A DNA stretch of 46,888 bases from Oscillospiraceae bacterium (GCA_902787275.1 CADAGA010000001.1:1-46888); one strand, 5' to 3'. Shown: positions 29,401 to 37,762, counted from the stretch's first letter. A program made the numbers and translations. The notes: a model not told the origin generated them from the sequence alone.

Positions 29401-31413
29401 TACAACGCAGGTACGCTGCGTCTGTCCGGCGGCACGGTTTCGGGCAACAGCGCATCCTCCGGTGTCGGCGTGTACCAGGCGGGCACGCTGGAAATGTCCG
29501 ACAAGGCGTATCTCGCCGCGACGGACGACGTCTATCTCCCGACCGGCAAGACCGTGACCAACACCGGCCGCATCAAGACCAGCGGTACGGTCGCGAACCT
29601 GACGGTGCAGAATTACGCAGCCGGCACGCGCGTGCTGGATGGCGAGCACTGCGCCGCGAACTACGCGAAATACGTGCTGAACGTTCCTTCCGGCAGCACG
29701 GAACTGTATATCAACTCCACCGGCTACCTGGTGGCAAAGGAAACGCACAACGTCGCCAAGGTCAGCGTATTCGGCTCCTATGACGTGTACTACACGTCGC
29801 TGAAGGAAGCCATGGAGGCGATCGGCGCCGAGGCAGAAGCGCAGGCGGCCGATCCGAATGCCGAAACGCTCAGCGCCATGATCACCATGATCGACGACGA
29901 CGTCGTGGAAGATACCATCGCGGTCAGCGGCAACGTGATCATCACGACCATCGGGCAGGAAGAAGACGGACATTCCATCACGCGTTACCGTACCTGCACC
30001 GGCGCGATGTTCAACATTGCCGAGGGCGCGACGCTCGAATTCGGTTCGGTCGGCTCGACGAGCAACGCGGCGCTTGTCGTGGACGGCGGCAGCACACTCT
30101 ACGGCACGTACGGTACGTGCATCGTCGAGAACCACGGCACGCTGCGTCTGAAGGACGGCGCGACGCTGCAGAATGCGTCCTCTGCCGGCGACGGTGCGGC
30201 GATCCGCAACAGCGGCACGCTCGAGATCCTCGGCGGCCTGATCCAAAACTGCACGTCCGCAAACGGCGGCGCTGTCTGGAACGCCGGCACGGCAACCATG
30301 AACGGCGGTACAGTGCAGAACTGTTCGGCGCAGTACGGCGGCGCGATCTACAATACGGGCACGCTCTCGGTCGAGGGCGGCACGCTCACCGGCAATACGG
30401 CGTCGCAAAACGGCGGCGGCATCTGTTCCGCTTCCGGCAGTGCTGTGATGACGACCGGCACGCAGACGATCACCACGATCGACAACGAGGGACAGGCGAC
30501 AGTCACGACGGTCGAAGTGACCGGCACGCTGTCCGGCAATACCGCGAAAAACGGCGGCGGCATCTGTATCGCAGGCGGCACGGGCACGCTCGAGGCCGGC
30601 ACGATCACCGGCAACAGCGCCCAGAGCGGCGGCGGCGTTTACCTCGGCGGCGGCAGCTGCACCGTCAAGGGCGGCAGCATCACGGCCAACACGGTTTACG
30701 TACACGGCAGCGGCATCTACAACGGCGCGTCGCTGACGGTGGATTCGGCACAGCTCGGCAGCGGCTGCGAGGTGTATCTTGCCGCGGGACACACGGTCGT
30801 TCCGGCAGGCACGGCGCCTTCCGCGGTGCTGACGCCTGCGGCCTATACCATCGGCACGCAGATGCTTTCCGGCAGCAGCGTCGCGGCGCTGTACGGCGGC
30901 TTCACCGTTTCCAACGACCGCTTCTTCATCAACGCGTCCGGTCATCTGGACACGACGCAGATCTCTATCAAGGAGTCGTCGCACATGTCGGCTGACTATA
31001 CGGACAACGTGATCACCGGCATCGACGTCGCGCACAGAACGGTCGCGGAACTCCGCAGCGAGTTCGACAACGACGCTTCCTCTCTGGTGTTCCGCAGCAA
31101 AAACGGCCAGGTGATGACGGACGGCGACGTCGTCAATACCGGCTGTGTGATCCTGCTGCTCGACGGCAGCGGGCACACGCTCGACACCAAGACCTTCTGT
31201 CTCGTCGGCGACGTGACCGGCGACGGCGAGATGGACGCCGAGGACGCCGTGCTCGTTTACTGCTACACGGCGGGCATGCTCTCGAAGAACAGCTCCGGCG
31301 GCGCGGCGGCTTACCGCGCGGCGGACGCGGACAACAACGGCCAGATCGACGCGGCCGACGGCGATCTGCTGCGCGCGTGCGGCGTTTACAAGGCTACGGT
31401 CGCCCAGCCGTAA
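26446..31413 (+). CDS. Giant secreted protein (1655 aa): signal peptide, two GLUG-repeat modules, two Gly-rich parallel beta-helix (PMP-like) repeat blocks, C-terminal type-I dockerin
   Basis: Signal peptide MKRYRRTIFAVLLTLAVVLAMVPAACLSAAAA. GLUG-type repeats are present (NVGGIVG, NAGGIVGY, RIGGIAG, NTGGIAGI, RTGGILG, SVGGLVG). Repeats of GGAVY/GGGIxxxxGxLxLxGGxIxGNxA type follow. The dockerin has two Ca-binding loops, DVTGDGEMDAED and DADNNGQIDAAD. Confidence 0.85.
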   Translation: MKRYRRTIFAVLLTLAVVLAMVPAACLSAAAAWGGGAAQPSMSPDGYYLIDSGEKLAWFSNRVNAGNPTIKAKQTADVDMGSRPFTPIGTASVKFRGIYNGGGYTIANLKVTGDAEGRGLFGYIGTTATTQTLHDVDADGNILPTTYTETTYTPAEINNVVLTGASVSGSTNVGGIVGVSEGGTIFGCSVAGTVTSTASNAGGIVGYSYSGATVVNCQNDATVSGTLRIGGIAGFCYGATTTYGCCNAGAVTGTKRIGGIAGHNTSGSVHHCYNKGVVTATENSCGGIIGYDMNGELYCMYTIGSISCPGEFKGAILGNKTYGTRIARCYFDRSDTSATDDYATAAEHELMLDASFLETLNFSMEIYVGDYFGTNNGYPILRWQLIGWDGSIGEPETNSSGVYLITNGSELAWFAQLVNGTLPGVAQNRAANAQVMRDILLNPGIFDESSKVWTPIGTEASPFIGTFDGGEHRISGVYLPDNTINDTGLFGYVGDGGLVKNIFLDNSLIKGYNYCGAIAGRNYGTIRSCFNYSTVQSMYNTGGIAGICGGTIDTCGNTGDVLGYYYSGGITGWLSGGAVTSCFNKGKITGVSRTGGILGQNGGVIRYCYNNGRVEGGVSVGGLVGMQNSGSATDAFTACYNIGFVKGAQQVGAVVGYMQNGALTYCYFDTERSGANDNAPGVEGKTTAQMAEPTSVSAFAGFSTSYWVDRGADQYFDYCPELKVFYNSTNNLLKTTSKESAAVVKGVYTVMAQVDGEMNTYYATVKLGVAHIGTRKEGGTLVLIRDSSITENTVVNGTVTITDNAQTRTLTRASGFTDSFFTVNGALTLEGTGTDTMRLNGGGTAMTGTAPVRVGGTGRVTLRDGARITGNKSSSSGGAVYVDGGTLTMQGGKIDGNISPNGGGIAAADGVLLLEGGTINGNTATNGGGGLFLQGADAEATFSGTTVSGNSAKNGGGLYVQSGSTAEWTDGTLSGNSATQQGGGVYNAGTLRLSGGTVSGNSASSGVGVYQAGTLEMSDKAYLAATDDVYLPTGKTVTNTGRIKTSGTVANLTVQNYAAGTRVLDGEHCAANYAKYVLNVPSGSTELYINSTGYLVAKETHNVAKVSVFGSYDVYYTSLKEAMEAIGAEAEAQAADPNAETLSAMITMIDDDVVEDTIAVSGNVIITTIGQEEDGHSITRYRTCTGAMFNIAEGATLEFGSVGSTSNAALVVDGGSTLYGTYGTCIVENHGTLRLKDGATLQNASSAGDGAAIRNSGTLEILGGLIQNCTSANGGAVWNAGTATMNGGTVQNCSAQYGGAIYNTGTLSVEGGTLTGNTASQNGGGICSASGSAVMTTGTQTITTIDNEGQATVTTVEVTGTLSGNTAKNGGGICIAGGTGTLEAGTITGNSAQSGGGVYLGGGSCTVKGGSITANTVYVHGSGIYNGASLTVDSAQLGSGCEVYLAAGHTVVPAGTAPSAVLTPAAYTIGTQMLSGSSVAALYGGFTVSNDRFFINASGHLDTTQISIKESSHMSADYTDNVITGIDVAHRTVAELRSEFDNDASSLVFRSKNGQVMTDGDVVNTGCVILLLDGSGHTLDTKTFCLVGDVTGDGEMDAEDAVLVYCYTAGMLSKNSSGGAAAYRAADADNNGQIDAADGDLLRACGVYKATVAQP
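26584..27600 (+). repeat. GLUG module A (coding repeat; approximate bounds)
   Basis: Begins YYLIDSGEKLAWFSNRVNAG...FTPIG...FRGIYNGGGYTIANLKV...GLFGYIG. Ends ...CYFDRSD...NNGYPILRWQ. Confidence 0.55.
27649..28630 (+). repeat. GLUG module B, a diverged tandem duplicate of module A (approximate bounds)
   Basis: Begins VYLITNGSELAWFAQLVNG...WTPIG...FIGTFDGGEHRISGVYL...GLFGYVG. Ends ...CYFDTERSG...DYCPELKVF. The motif order is the same as in module A. Confidence 0.55.
28831..29585 (+). repeat. Beta-helix repeat block 1 (about 22-25-aa Gly/Asn/Thr-rich units; approximate bounds)
   Basis: Successive units: GGAVYVDGGTLTMQGGKIDGNISPN, GGGIAAADGVLLLEGGTINGNTATN, GGGGLFLQG..., GGGLYVQSG..., GGGVYNAGTLRLSGGTVSGNSAS. 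Confidence 0.55.
29970..30810 (+). repeat. Beta-helix repeat block 2 (approximate bounds)
   Basis: Units: GDGAAIRNSGTLEILGGLIQNCTSAN, GGAVWNAGTATMNGGTVQNCSAQY, GGAIYNTGTLSVEGGTLTGNTASQN, GGGICIAGGTGTLEAGTITGNSAQS, GGGVYLGGGSCTVKGGSI. Confidence 0.55.
31207..31389 (+). other. Type-I dockerin module at the C-terminus of the giant protein
   Basis: The sequence GDVTGDGEMDAEDAVLVYCY...ADADNNGQIDAADGDLLRACGVY has the duplicated EF-hand-like Ca-binding loop plus helix pattern of dockerins. Confidence 0.7.
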
Positions 31414-31440
31414 TCGCAGGCAGAATCCGAATATCGTTTT

Positions 31441-31473
31441 AAAAAGGCGCCGCGCAAAGCAGCGCCTTTTGTG
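31441..31473 (+). terminator. Rho-independent terminator after the giant gene
   Basis: AAAAGGCGC (31442-31450) pairs with GCGCCTTTT (31462-31470). The GC-rich stem runs into a T tract. Confidence 0.65.
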
Positions 31474-31492
31474 TGAGGAAAGAGGTTGTACG

Positions 31493-32344
31493 ATGAAGAA
31501 TCAGGAGATCAACATCCGCGATCCGTTCGTGCTTTGCGAGAACGGAACGTATTACATGTTCGGCACGCGCGGCAGGGATTTCGGCATGCGTACCGGCGGG
31601 TTCGACGTTTATGTCGGCACGGATTTAGAGAACTGGTCTGCGCCGCAGGAAGTGTTCGACTCCGCAAAATACGGCATGAACGACGGCAGCAACTGGGCGC
31701 CGGAGGTGCATCGGTTCGGCAGCAGATACTATCTGTTCGCAACGTTCACGCAGCCGAACGGCCGCCGCGGGACGTATTCTCTGGTCAGCGACAGCCCGAC
31801 CGGTCCGTTCGCGCCGAACAGCGACGGCCCGCTGACGCCGGCGGAGTGGGAAAGTCTCGACGGCACGCTGTGGGTCGAGGACGGCAAACCGTATCTGGTG
31901 TTCTGTCACGAACACGTGCAGATCCTCAACGGTACCGTCTGCTTCGTGCAGCTGTCCGACGATCTGAAGCGCGCCGTTACGGCTCCGACGCTGCTGTTTT
32001 ACGGCTCCGACGCTTACGGCGTACCGGAGAACCCCGACGGCAGATACGTCACGGACGGTCCGTTTCTGCACCGGGCGGAAAACGGCAGACTCTATATGAT
32101 CTGGTCGACCTGCCCGCCGGAAGGGTATTATCAGGGACTGTGTGTGTCCGAAACGGGACGCGTCGCGGGACCGTGGACGCAGCTGCCGCCGCTGTACACG
32201 AAGGACGGCGGTCACGGCATGCTGTTTTGCGATCTGGCGGGCGATCTGCGCCTGACGCTGCACAGCCCGAACCGTTCTCCGGATGAACGGCCGGTCTTTT
32301 TCCGCGTGCAGGAGACCGATGCGCGCATGAATATCCTCAGCTGA
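31493..32344 (+). CDS. Glycoside hydrolase family 43 protein (arabinofuranosidase/xylosidase-type five-bladed propeller)
   Basis: ORF 31469..32344 trimmed to ATG 31493 (GAGGAAAGAGG RBS). It has NIRDPFV (catalytic Asp region), YYMFGT, NWAPEV and DGTLW. Confidence 0.8.
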   Translation: MKNQEINIRDPFVLCENGTYYMFGTRGRDFGMRTGGFDVYVGTDLENWSAPQEVFDSAKYGMNDGSNWAPEVHRFGSRYYLFATFTQPNGRRGTYSLVSDSPTGPFAPNSDGPLTPAEWESLDGTLWVEDGKPYLVFCHEHVQILNGTVCFVQLSDDLKRAVTAPTLLFYGSDAYGVPENPDGRYVTDGPFLHRAENGRLYMIWSTCPPEGYYQGLCVSETGRVAGPWTQLPPLYTKDGGHGMLFCDLAGDLRLTLHSPNRSPDERPVFFRVQETDARMNILS

Positions 32345-32363
32345 TCCGAACGGAGGTATGCAT

Positions 32364-33479
32364 ATGAAAAGAGCACTCTGCTGTCTGCTTTCCCTGCTGC
32401 TTTGCTGCGGCTTTGCGCTTACGGCTGCGGCGGATGCGGACACAACGACCGAAAAAACGCTGAACGTGATCTCCTTCAACGTAGACGGCCTGCCGGTCCC
32501 GGCGTTCCTGTCCTCGACGAAGCGCCCTGCGCGCGAAGCGACGCGCCTCATCGCGCAGCAGGTGAATGCGGCGGACTGCGACGTCCTGTGCGCGCAGGAG
32601 GACTTCAATTTCCACGGCGTACTCTCGCGGGAGCTGGAGCTGAAAAACCGTACCGTCACGAGCGGTCCCGCCGTGATCGGCGACGGACTGAATATCTTTT
32701 CGCGCTATCCGATCTATAACGTGCGGCGCGTGGCGTGGGACGCGGCATACGGCGTGTTCGACTGCGGATCGGACGAGCTGACGCCGAAAGGCATTCTCGT
32801 CTGCACGGTCGAAATAGAGGACGGCGTCTTTATCGACGTGTATACGCTGCATGCGGACGCGTGGGAGGACGACGACTCCATGCTTGCAAAGGCTGCGCAG
32901 TTCGACCAGCTCAAGGCGCTGATCGACGACTATTCCGGCACGGACAGAGCCGTGCTTCTGACCGGCGACTTCAACACGAATTATTCCACGTTCCGCGACG
33001 GGTACAAGGCGGGGCACTACAACGTCGATCTGTGTCAGAAGCTCATCGACAACTTCGTCTCGAACGGCTTCAGGGACGCGTGGATCGAGGCAAATACTGC
33101 GGGCAATTACGAGTTTACCTATGCCGAGATGCGTGAAAAATACGGCTGCGATTATCCGCGCACGTGGGATACGCTCGACCACGTCTACTACCGCGACGGC
33201 GCGGGCGTTCAGCTGACGCTCACGGACGCGTTTTACGACGACATGGATTGCGACGGCATGATGTGGCAGGGACATCTTTCCGACCACGCGGCGCTGCGAA
33301 CGTCGTTCAAAGTGTCGATCGACAAAACGCAGACCAAAGCGCCCGACACGCTCACGAAGGAGCGCGCGCATCCGCTGCGGAGCTTTTTCGGCGCGGTCGT
33401 TTCGATCGGCAAAACGCTGCGGACGGTATTCGCCCACCTGCCCGATCTTTGGGAAAAAGGGATCGGATGGCTGAAATAA
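32364..33479 (+). CDS. Secreted endonuclease/exonuclease/phosphatase (EEP)-family hydrolase
   Basis: ORF 32358..33479. ATG 32364 is better spaced from GGAGG (32352-32356). It has a signal peptide MKRALCCLLSLLLCCGFALTAAA, LNVISFNVDG, LCAQED, LTGDFN and the catalytic-His motif HLSDHAAL. Confidence 0.75.
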   Translation: MKRALCCLLSLLLCCGFALTAAADADTTTEKTLNVISFNVDGLPVPAFLSSTKRPAREATRLIAQQVNAADCDVLCAQEDFNFHGVLSRELELKNRTVTSGPAVIGDGLNIFSRYPIYNVRRVAWDAAYGVFDCGSDELTPKGILVCTVEIEDGVFIDVYTLHADAWEDDDSMLAKAAQFDQLKALIDDYSGTDRAVLLTGDFNTNYSTFRDGYKAGHYNVDLCQKLIDNFVSNGFRDAWIEANTAGNYEFTYAEMREKYGCDYPRTWDTLDHVYYRDGAGVQLTLTDAFYDDMDCDGMMWQGHLSDHAALRTSFKVSIDKTQTKAPDTLTKERAHPLRSFFGAVVSIGKTLRTVFAHLPDLWEKGIGWLK

Positions 33480-33513
33480 AAAAGAGAGCTGCCAAACGGC
33501 AGCTCTTTTTTTG
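33478..33513. terminator. Bidirectional rho-independent terminator between convergent genes
   Basis: AGAGCTGCC (33485-33493) pairs with GGCAGCTCT (33498-33506). It is flanked by an A-run upstream and TTTTTTT downstream. Confidence 0.75.
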
Positions 33514-33518
33514 TACGT

Positions 33519-34568
33519 TCAATACATGTATTTCAAAAAGTGAAAACGCTTCTTCTTTTGCAGCAGGATGATGATCGTGGATTCCAGGACGGCGAGGAAC
33601 AGCGTGACGCAGAAATACAGGAACGGATGCACCTCCGGATTGCGGATGCCGACGCGGCGGCACAGGAACGCCCAGCCCTCCCACATGAACAGCAGATGCA
33701 GAAAATAGATCAGCGTGCTGTAGCGGCGCAGGATCGGATAAACGGGGCTCGGCTGCAGTTCGGAGCCGATGCACACGCGCAGCGTCGACCACGCGCACAC
33801 GAACGCGCCCAGAAGCCGCACGTTCTCCCAGACGGGAGACGCGCTGTCATACGTCAGAATACCGCACAGCAGGAGCGCTGCCCACAGAACGGGACACAGC
33901 GCTTTTTCCCATTTCGGGACGTTGTCGTCCGTCTGCGCGGCGAAGAAGCCGATGCAGGTGCAGATCAGTCCCTTTTTCATCACGTTGAAGAGGACGGGCG
34001 GAAGGACCTGCATTACGCCGGCAAACTGCGGCAGGGCAGACGCCAGCGAAACGGCGGCATAAACTGCTGCGCCGGCGCCGAGCACGACCCATTTGTTCTT
34101 CGTCAACCGCGTCAGACCGAACAGGATTGCGATGCACAGGATCAGCGTGTTCAGATACCAGAAATGTACGAAGGACGTGTCCAGGAAGAATCTGCCCGCC
34201 AGCGTGAACAGTTCGCCGACGATCCCGCCGATCGTGATCTCTGCGTAATGACCGGTATAGGCTTTGACAAAGATGCACGGCAGGTAGAGGACGGTATACA
34301 GTACGTAAAACTGCACCAGCCGTTTTTCGTACCCGATCCAGACCGAAACCGCGGACGAATCCGTGCGATCCAGCTTTCGGAAAAACAGGAACGACGAGAC
34401 GGCAAAGAAAAACGGGACGGCCGCGTCGCCGATCACGCTGCCCAGCAGATAATTCCGGAAATCCCCGAGAAAGAGCGGCTTGTGTATGATGACGACCAGA
34501 ACGGCCATCACCAGTTTCATGACGTCGATCGCGGGAAAGACGGTTTTTGTGCGGTTCAGCTTGTTCAT
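33519..34568 (-). CDS. Acyltransferase family 3 (membrane O-acyltransferase), second copy in the window
   Basis: ORF 33519..34607 trimmed to the ATG at 34568 (AAAAGGAGAAGG RBS). The sequence FPAIDVMKLVMAVLVVIIHKPLF is followed by many hydrophobic segments. Confidence 0.7.
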   Translation of the reverse strand: MNKLNRTKTVFPAIDVMKLVMAVLVVIIHKPLFLGDFRNYLLGSVIGDAAVPFFFAVSSFLFFRKLDRTDSSAVSVWIGYEKRLVQFYVLYTVLYLPCIFVKAYTGHYAEITIGGIVGELFTLAGRFFLDTSFVHFWYLNTLILCIAILFGLTRLTKNKWVVLGAGAAVYAAVSLASALPQFAGVMQVLPPVLFNVMKKGLICTCIGFFAAQTDDNVPKWEKALCPVLWAALLLCGILTYDSASPVWENVRLLGAFVCAWSTLRVCIGSELQPSPVYPILRRYSTLIYFLHLLFMWEGWAFLCRRVGIRNPEVHPFLYFCVTLFLAVLESTIIILLQKKKRFHFLKYMY

Positions 34569-34581
34569 TGTCCTTCTCCTT

Positions 34582-35295
34582 TTATCCCAATACGTGTCGG
34601 ATCGCATCGTCGGACGCGATGGGGTAGACGTCGCGCATATGGCGGAATATCCGATCGCGCGACGCTTCCGGTTCCTCGCCGTACGCCGCCGACAGCAGGT
34701 CGTACCCCCAGATCGTTTCCGGCATGGTGTAGACCGCCAGATGCCAGCCGTAGGGGAGACCGGCCTTGTTCAGCTTCTGGCGGAAGTCGCGGATGACAAG
34801 ATACAGCTGCATCTGCAGCGCCGTGACGGTGCCCTCGAAATTCTTTTCACCGTCCTTGCCGAATCCGGCCATGCGGCGCGTCACGTGCGAGAACAGCTCC
34901 TGCCCGTCCGAAAAGCAGTCCATGATCTTTTTCTGGCGGTGCGTCGCCTTGCCCTCGTCCCAGAGCGAATCGAAATCGTAGCCGTCGCGGCGGTAGTTCG
35001 CGAAGTACGGCAGCCAGTCGGTCGAGATAAAGCCCGCCTTGCCCGCAAAGAATTTGCCGTAGGCGACTTCGCCCTTTGCCGCCAGCAGACGCCGCCATTC
35101 CCACGGGTCGACCCGTTCGTCGCCGCTCCACCAGTGGTACGGCACGGTGCGCTCCTCGACGGAAAAACCGGGGATCTCATTGCGGAACAGCGGCAAAAAG
35201 CCGATCTCACGGACGTACGCCGTCAGCGCTTGCGGGCTTTTGAGGCGGTACGGGTCGTCCTCCCGCACGCCGTACAGGATCCATTCGTTTGCCAT
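34582..35295 (-). CDS. Conserved hypothetical protein, possibly AlkZ-related (YcaQ/HTH_42-like)
   Basis: 237 aa. It has GFLPLFRNEIPGFSVEE, WWSGDERVDPWEWRR, VAYGKFFAGKAGFIS, NYRRDGYDFD and LQMQLYLVIRDF. The assignment comes from my recollection of proteins annotated as AlkZ-related and is not verified. Confidence 0.4.
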   Translation of the reverse strand: MANEWILYGVREDDPYRLKSPQALTAYVREIGFLPLFRNEIPGFSVEERTVPYHWWSGDERVDPWEWRRLLAAKGEVAYGKFFAGKAGFISTDWLPYFANYRRDGYDFDSLWDEGKATHRQKKIMDCFSDGQELFSHVTRRMAGFGKDGEKNFEGTVTALQMQLYLVIRDFRQKLNKAGLPYGWHLAVYTMPETIWGYDLLSAAYGEEPEASRDRIFRHMRDVYPIASDDAIRHVLG

Positions 35296-35296
35296 G

Positions 35297-37762
35297 TCAG
35301 ACTCCCTTTTCCGTCAGATCCGTTTCCGTGCATCTGCCGTTTTGCAGCCGGAGCGTGCGGATCTCGAACGGCGTCAGCGTGAGCGTTTCGCAGATACCGA
35401 GCACGTCGGAACGCAGCTCGGTGCGCGCAGGCCGGTCAAACGGATTGAACAGGCGCAGGATGCAGCCGTCGCCGTCCTCCGCCTGCTTGAACGTCGTCTG
35501 CAAGATCTCGTCGCCTGTGAGCGTAAAGACCGGCGCGTCTTTTTGGCCGCTCTGCGGCGGATAGAACGAGAGCGCGGGGATAACGGCATTCAGCCGCAGC
35601 GCGCGCCGCGGCGTTTCGGTGCGCACCGTATCCGTGCCGCCGCCGAACAGTTCGAATGCGAAAACGCGTTCACCCTGCTCCATGTGCGGTGTGAAGCGGT
35701 TTTGCGGTATGCGCTCGCGATCGCCGATCGGATGCGCGCAGTATGCCGCCGAACGCAGCAGCGTCATGTACAGCGTGCCGCCTTCCGCGCTGAATCCGTA
35801 CGTCGAATCGGTCAGCACCGACAGCGCTTCGTCTGCGTTTTCGAGCCGCACGTACTTTTGCGCGCAGTGCTCGAGCCCGTCCTGCGAGAAACGTTCCTCG
35901 CCGTAGGCGACCTCGCCGAAAGCCTCAGCGTCCGCGATGGCGGAAGGGACGGCGTATTTGAGCATCTTCTGCGTTTCGCCCCACTGCACGCGCACGTCCA
36001 CGTGCAGCGCGACGTCCGTTTTCGATAAGGTATAGCGAACGAGCGCGCGGGAACGGCCGTAGCCGAGTGCTGCCTCGACCGTGGTGCGCACATCGCCGCT
36101 TTCGATGCAGTGCACGCCTGCGAGCGGACGGGAAATACCGAACCATTCCGCAGTCTCCTCGTCCGTCAGCAGGCGGAACGTGCCGATGCGGTCGGGAAAC
36201 GCGTGCACGCACATGCCCCACGGATCGCTGTCGTCCTGAACGACGTGCAGCGCGCACGGTGCGCTGAGCAGCTCACGCCCGTCGACCGCGTAGCTGTCGG
36301 GGTAACCGGTCGAGCGATCGATCCGCACGCGGACGCGGTCGTTTTCGAGATAGAGGTACGTTTCGTCCTCGCGCGTTTCGGGCACGGGACGTTCTGCGAT
36401 TTTGGTAAAGGCGCAGTCGAAGCGGTTCATCTGCATCGGCTGCAGCACCGTGTGGAATACCGGCCGCTTGCGCCAGTCGAGATTCAGGTTGCTGTTCTCC
36501 TTCTCGCACTGCGTCGGCAGCGCTTCGCCGTCGCGCATGACCTGCGGCATGGAGAATTCGTCCGCCCAGTTCTGATCCCACAGCATCATCTCGCACGCGA
36601 AATCGCCCTCCACGGGGTAGGGGAAGGGGTTGTAAATGAGGATCGGGATCGCCGTCGGCGCCGGCGGCTTCTGCCCGCCGGACAGTGCGAAGAACGCGCG
36701 CGTGCGCACACGCGAGAGGATCTCCGCGCCGTGCGAGAGCATCTGCAGCGCCGCGTCCTCCGCCGGCTGGATGCTCGAACCGGGCAGGATGTCGTGGAAC
36801 TGCACGGTCAACAGATCGTACATGGCGTCGCGCAGCTCCTCCTTCGGGTACTCCATCAGCCCCTGCGCATGTGCGATCGCGGCCATCTGCTCGGTCGTGA
36901 AATAGTCGTTTTCCGTGCGGCGGTACTGCCGCTTGATGCGTGCCATGCTCGTGTAGCAGCCGACCGCCCACGCGTTCAGATCGCCAGCGTATTCCGGCAG
37001 GGCTTTGCCGCGCACCTCGCGGAAGAAATCCTCCGGCGTGGAGTGGATCAGCTCGACGCCCTGCGCGCGCATCACCTTCTGCAGTTCTTCAATATCCCGC
37101 AGGTCCTTTTCGGACGGACCGCCGCCGTGGTTGCCAACGCCCCACAGGCAGATCGCCGTCTCGCCGTCCGGACAGGCTTCGGTAACGTCCTTTATCTTTC
37201 GCGTCGCGTTGCCCAGCGGCGAGTTGTAGCTCCAGCGGCGGTAAGCCGTCACGCGCGAGCCGTCGTAGCCGACCCACGTGAACAGCTCGGCGGGCAGAGG
37301 CGTATCGTTTTGACCGGGACGGCCGAACAGGTAGCTGTCAAAGCCGGACTTCGCCAGGATCTGCACCAGCCCGCGCGTGTGGCCGAACGGATCGAAATTG
37401 ATCGCCGTCGTTGGTTCTTTGCCGAACTTCTCCTTGAAATACTGTCTGCCGGACAGGATCTGGCGCACGAAGCCCTCGCCCGACGGCATGTTGCAGTCCG
37501 GCTGCAGGTGCCAGCCGCCCATGATATGCCACTTGCCAGCGCGGACGAGCGACCGGATCTCTTCGAACAGCTCCGGCTCAAATTCCTCGATCCAGCGGTA
37601 CAGCAGCGCTTCGTTGTGGTTAAAGATGAAACCGTCAAATTGTCTGCACAGTCTTGCTGCCACGCGGAACGTGGACAGCGTTTCGGAAGCGCCCTCCTCC
37701 CACGTCCACTGCCAGACGGGATCGAGATGCGCGTTGCAGATCATATGGATGCGTTTTTGCAT
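35297..37762 (-). CDS. Glycoside hydrolase family 38 alpha-mannosidase
   Basis: ORF 35297..37882 trimmed to the ATG at 37762 (GGAGG RBS). It has MICNAHLDPVWQWTWEEG, WHIMGGWHLQPDCNMPSGE, GVGNHGGGPS and QFHDILPGSS. Confidence 0.88.
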   Translation of the reverse strand: MQKRIHMICNAHLDPVWQWTWEEGASETLSTFRVAARLCRQFDGFIFNHNEALLYRWIEEFEPELFEEIRSLVRAGKWHIMGGWHLQPDCNMPSGEGFVRQILSGRQYFKEKFGKEPTTAINFDPFGHTRGLVQILAKSGFDSYLFGRPGQNDTPLPAELFTWVGYDGSRVTAYRRWSYNSPLGNATRKIKDVTEACPDGETAICLWGVGNHGGGPSEKDLRDIEELQKVMRAQGVELIHSTPEDFFREVRGKALPEYAGDLNAWAVGCYTSMARIKRQYRRTENDYFTTEQMAAIAHAQGLMEYPKEELRDAMYDLLTVQFHDILPGSSIQPAEDAALQMLSHGAEILSRVRTRAFFALSGGQKPPAPTAIPILIYNPFPYPVEGDFACEMMLWDQNWADEFSMPQVMRDGEALPTQCEKENSNLNLDWRKRPVFHTVLQPMQMNRFDCAFTKIAERPVPETREDETYLYLENDRVRVRIDRSTGYPDSYAVDGRELLSAPCALHVVQDDSDPWGMCVHAFPDRIGTFRLLTDEETAEWFGISRPLAGVHCIESGDVRTTVEAALGYGRSRALVRYTLSKTDVALHVDVRVQWGETQKMLKYAVPSAIADAEAFGEVAYGEERFSQDGLEHCAQKYVRLENADEALSVLTDSTYGFSAEGGTLYMTLLRSAAYCAHPIGDRERIPQNRFTPHMEQGERVFAFELFGGGTDTVRTETPRRALRLNAVIPALSFYPPQSGQKDAPVFTLTGDEILQTTFKQAEDGDGCILRLFNPFDRPARTELRSDVLGICETLTLTPFEIRTLRLQNGRCTETDLTEKGV

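Noticed and set aside
28830-30810. Regular short-period DNA repetition that could be mistaken for a repeat array.
   Set aside because: The periodicity is about 66-75 nt and imperfect. It lies wholly inside one long ORF and translates to Gly/Asn/Thr beta-helix repeats. There are no identical direct repeats with unique spacers, so it is not a CRISPR array or satellite.
26389-31176. A 1595-aa ORF on the minus strand, antisense to the whole giant gene.
   Set aside because: It is exactly codon-aligned with the sense gene: (31174-26446) is divisible by 3. Antisense stops would require sense TTA, CTA or TCA codons, so the open frame only shows that these three codons are absent from about 1,590 consecutive high-GC3 sense codons. 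The translation is Arg/Ala/Asp/Val-rich low-complexity sequence with no RBS or recognisable motif.
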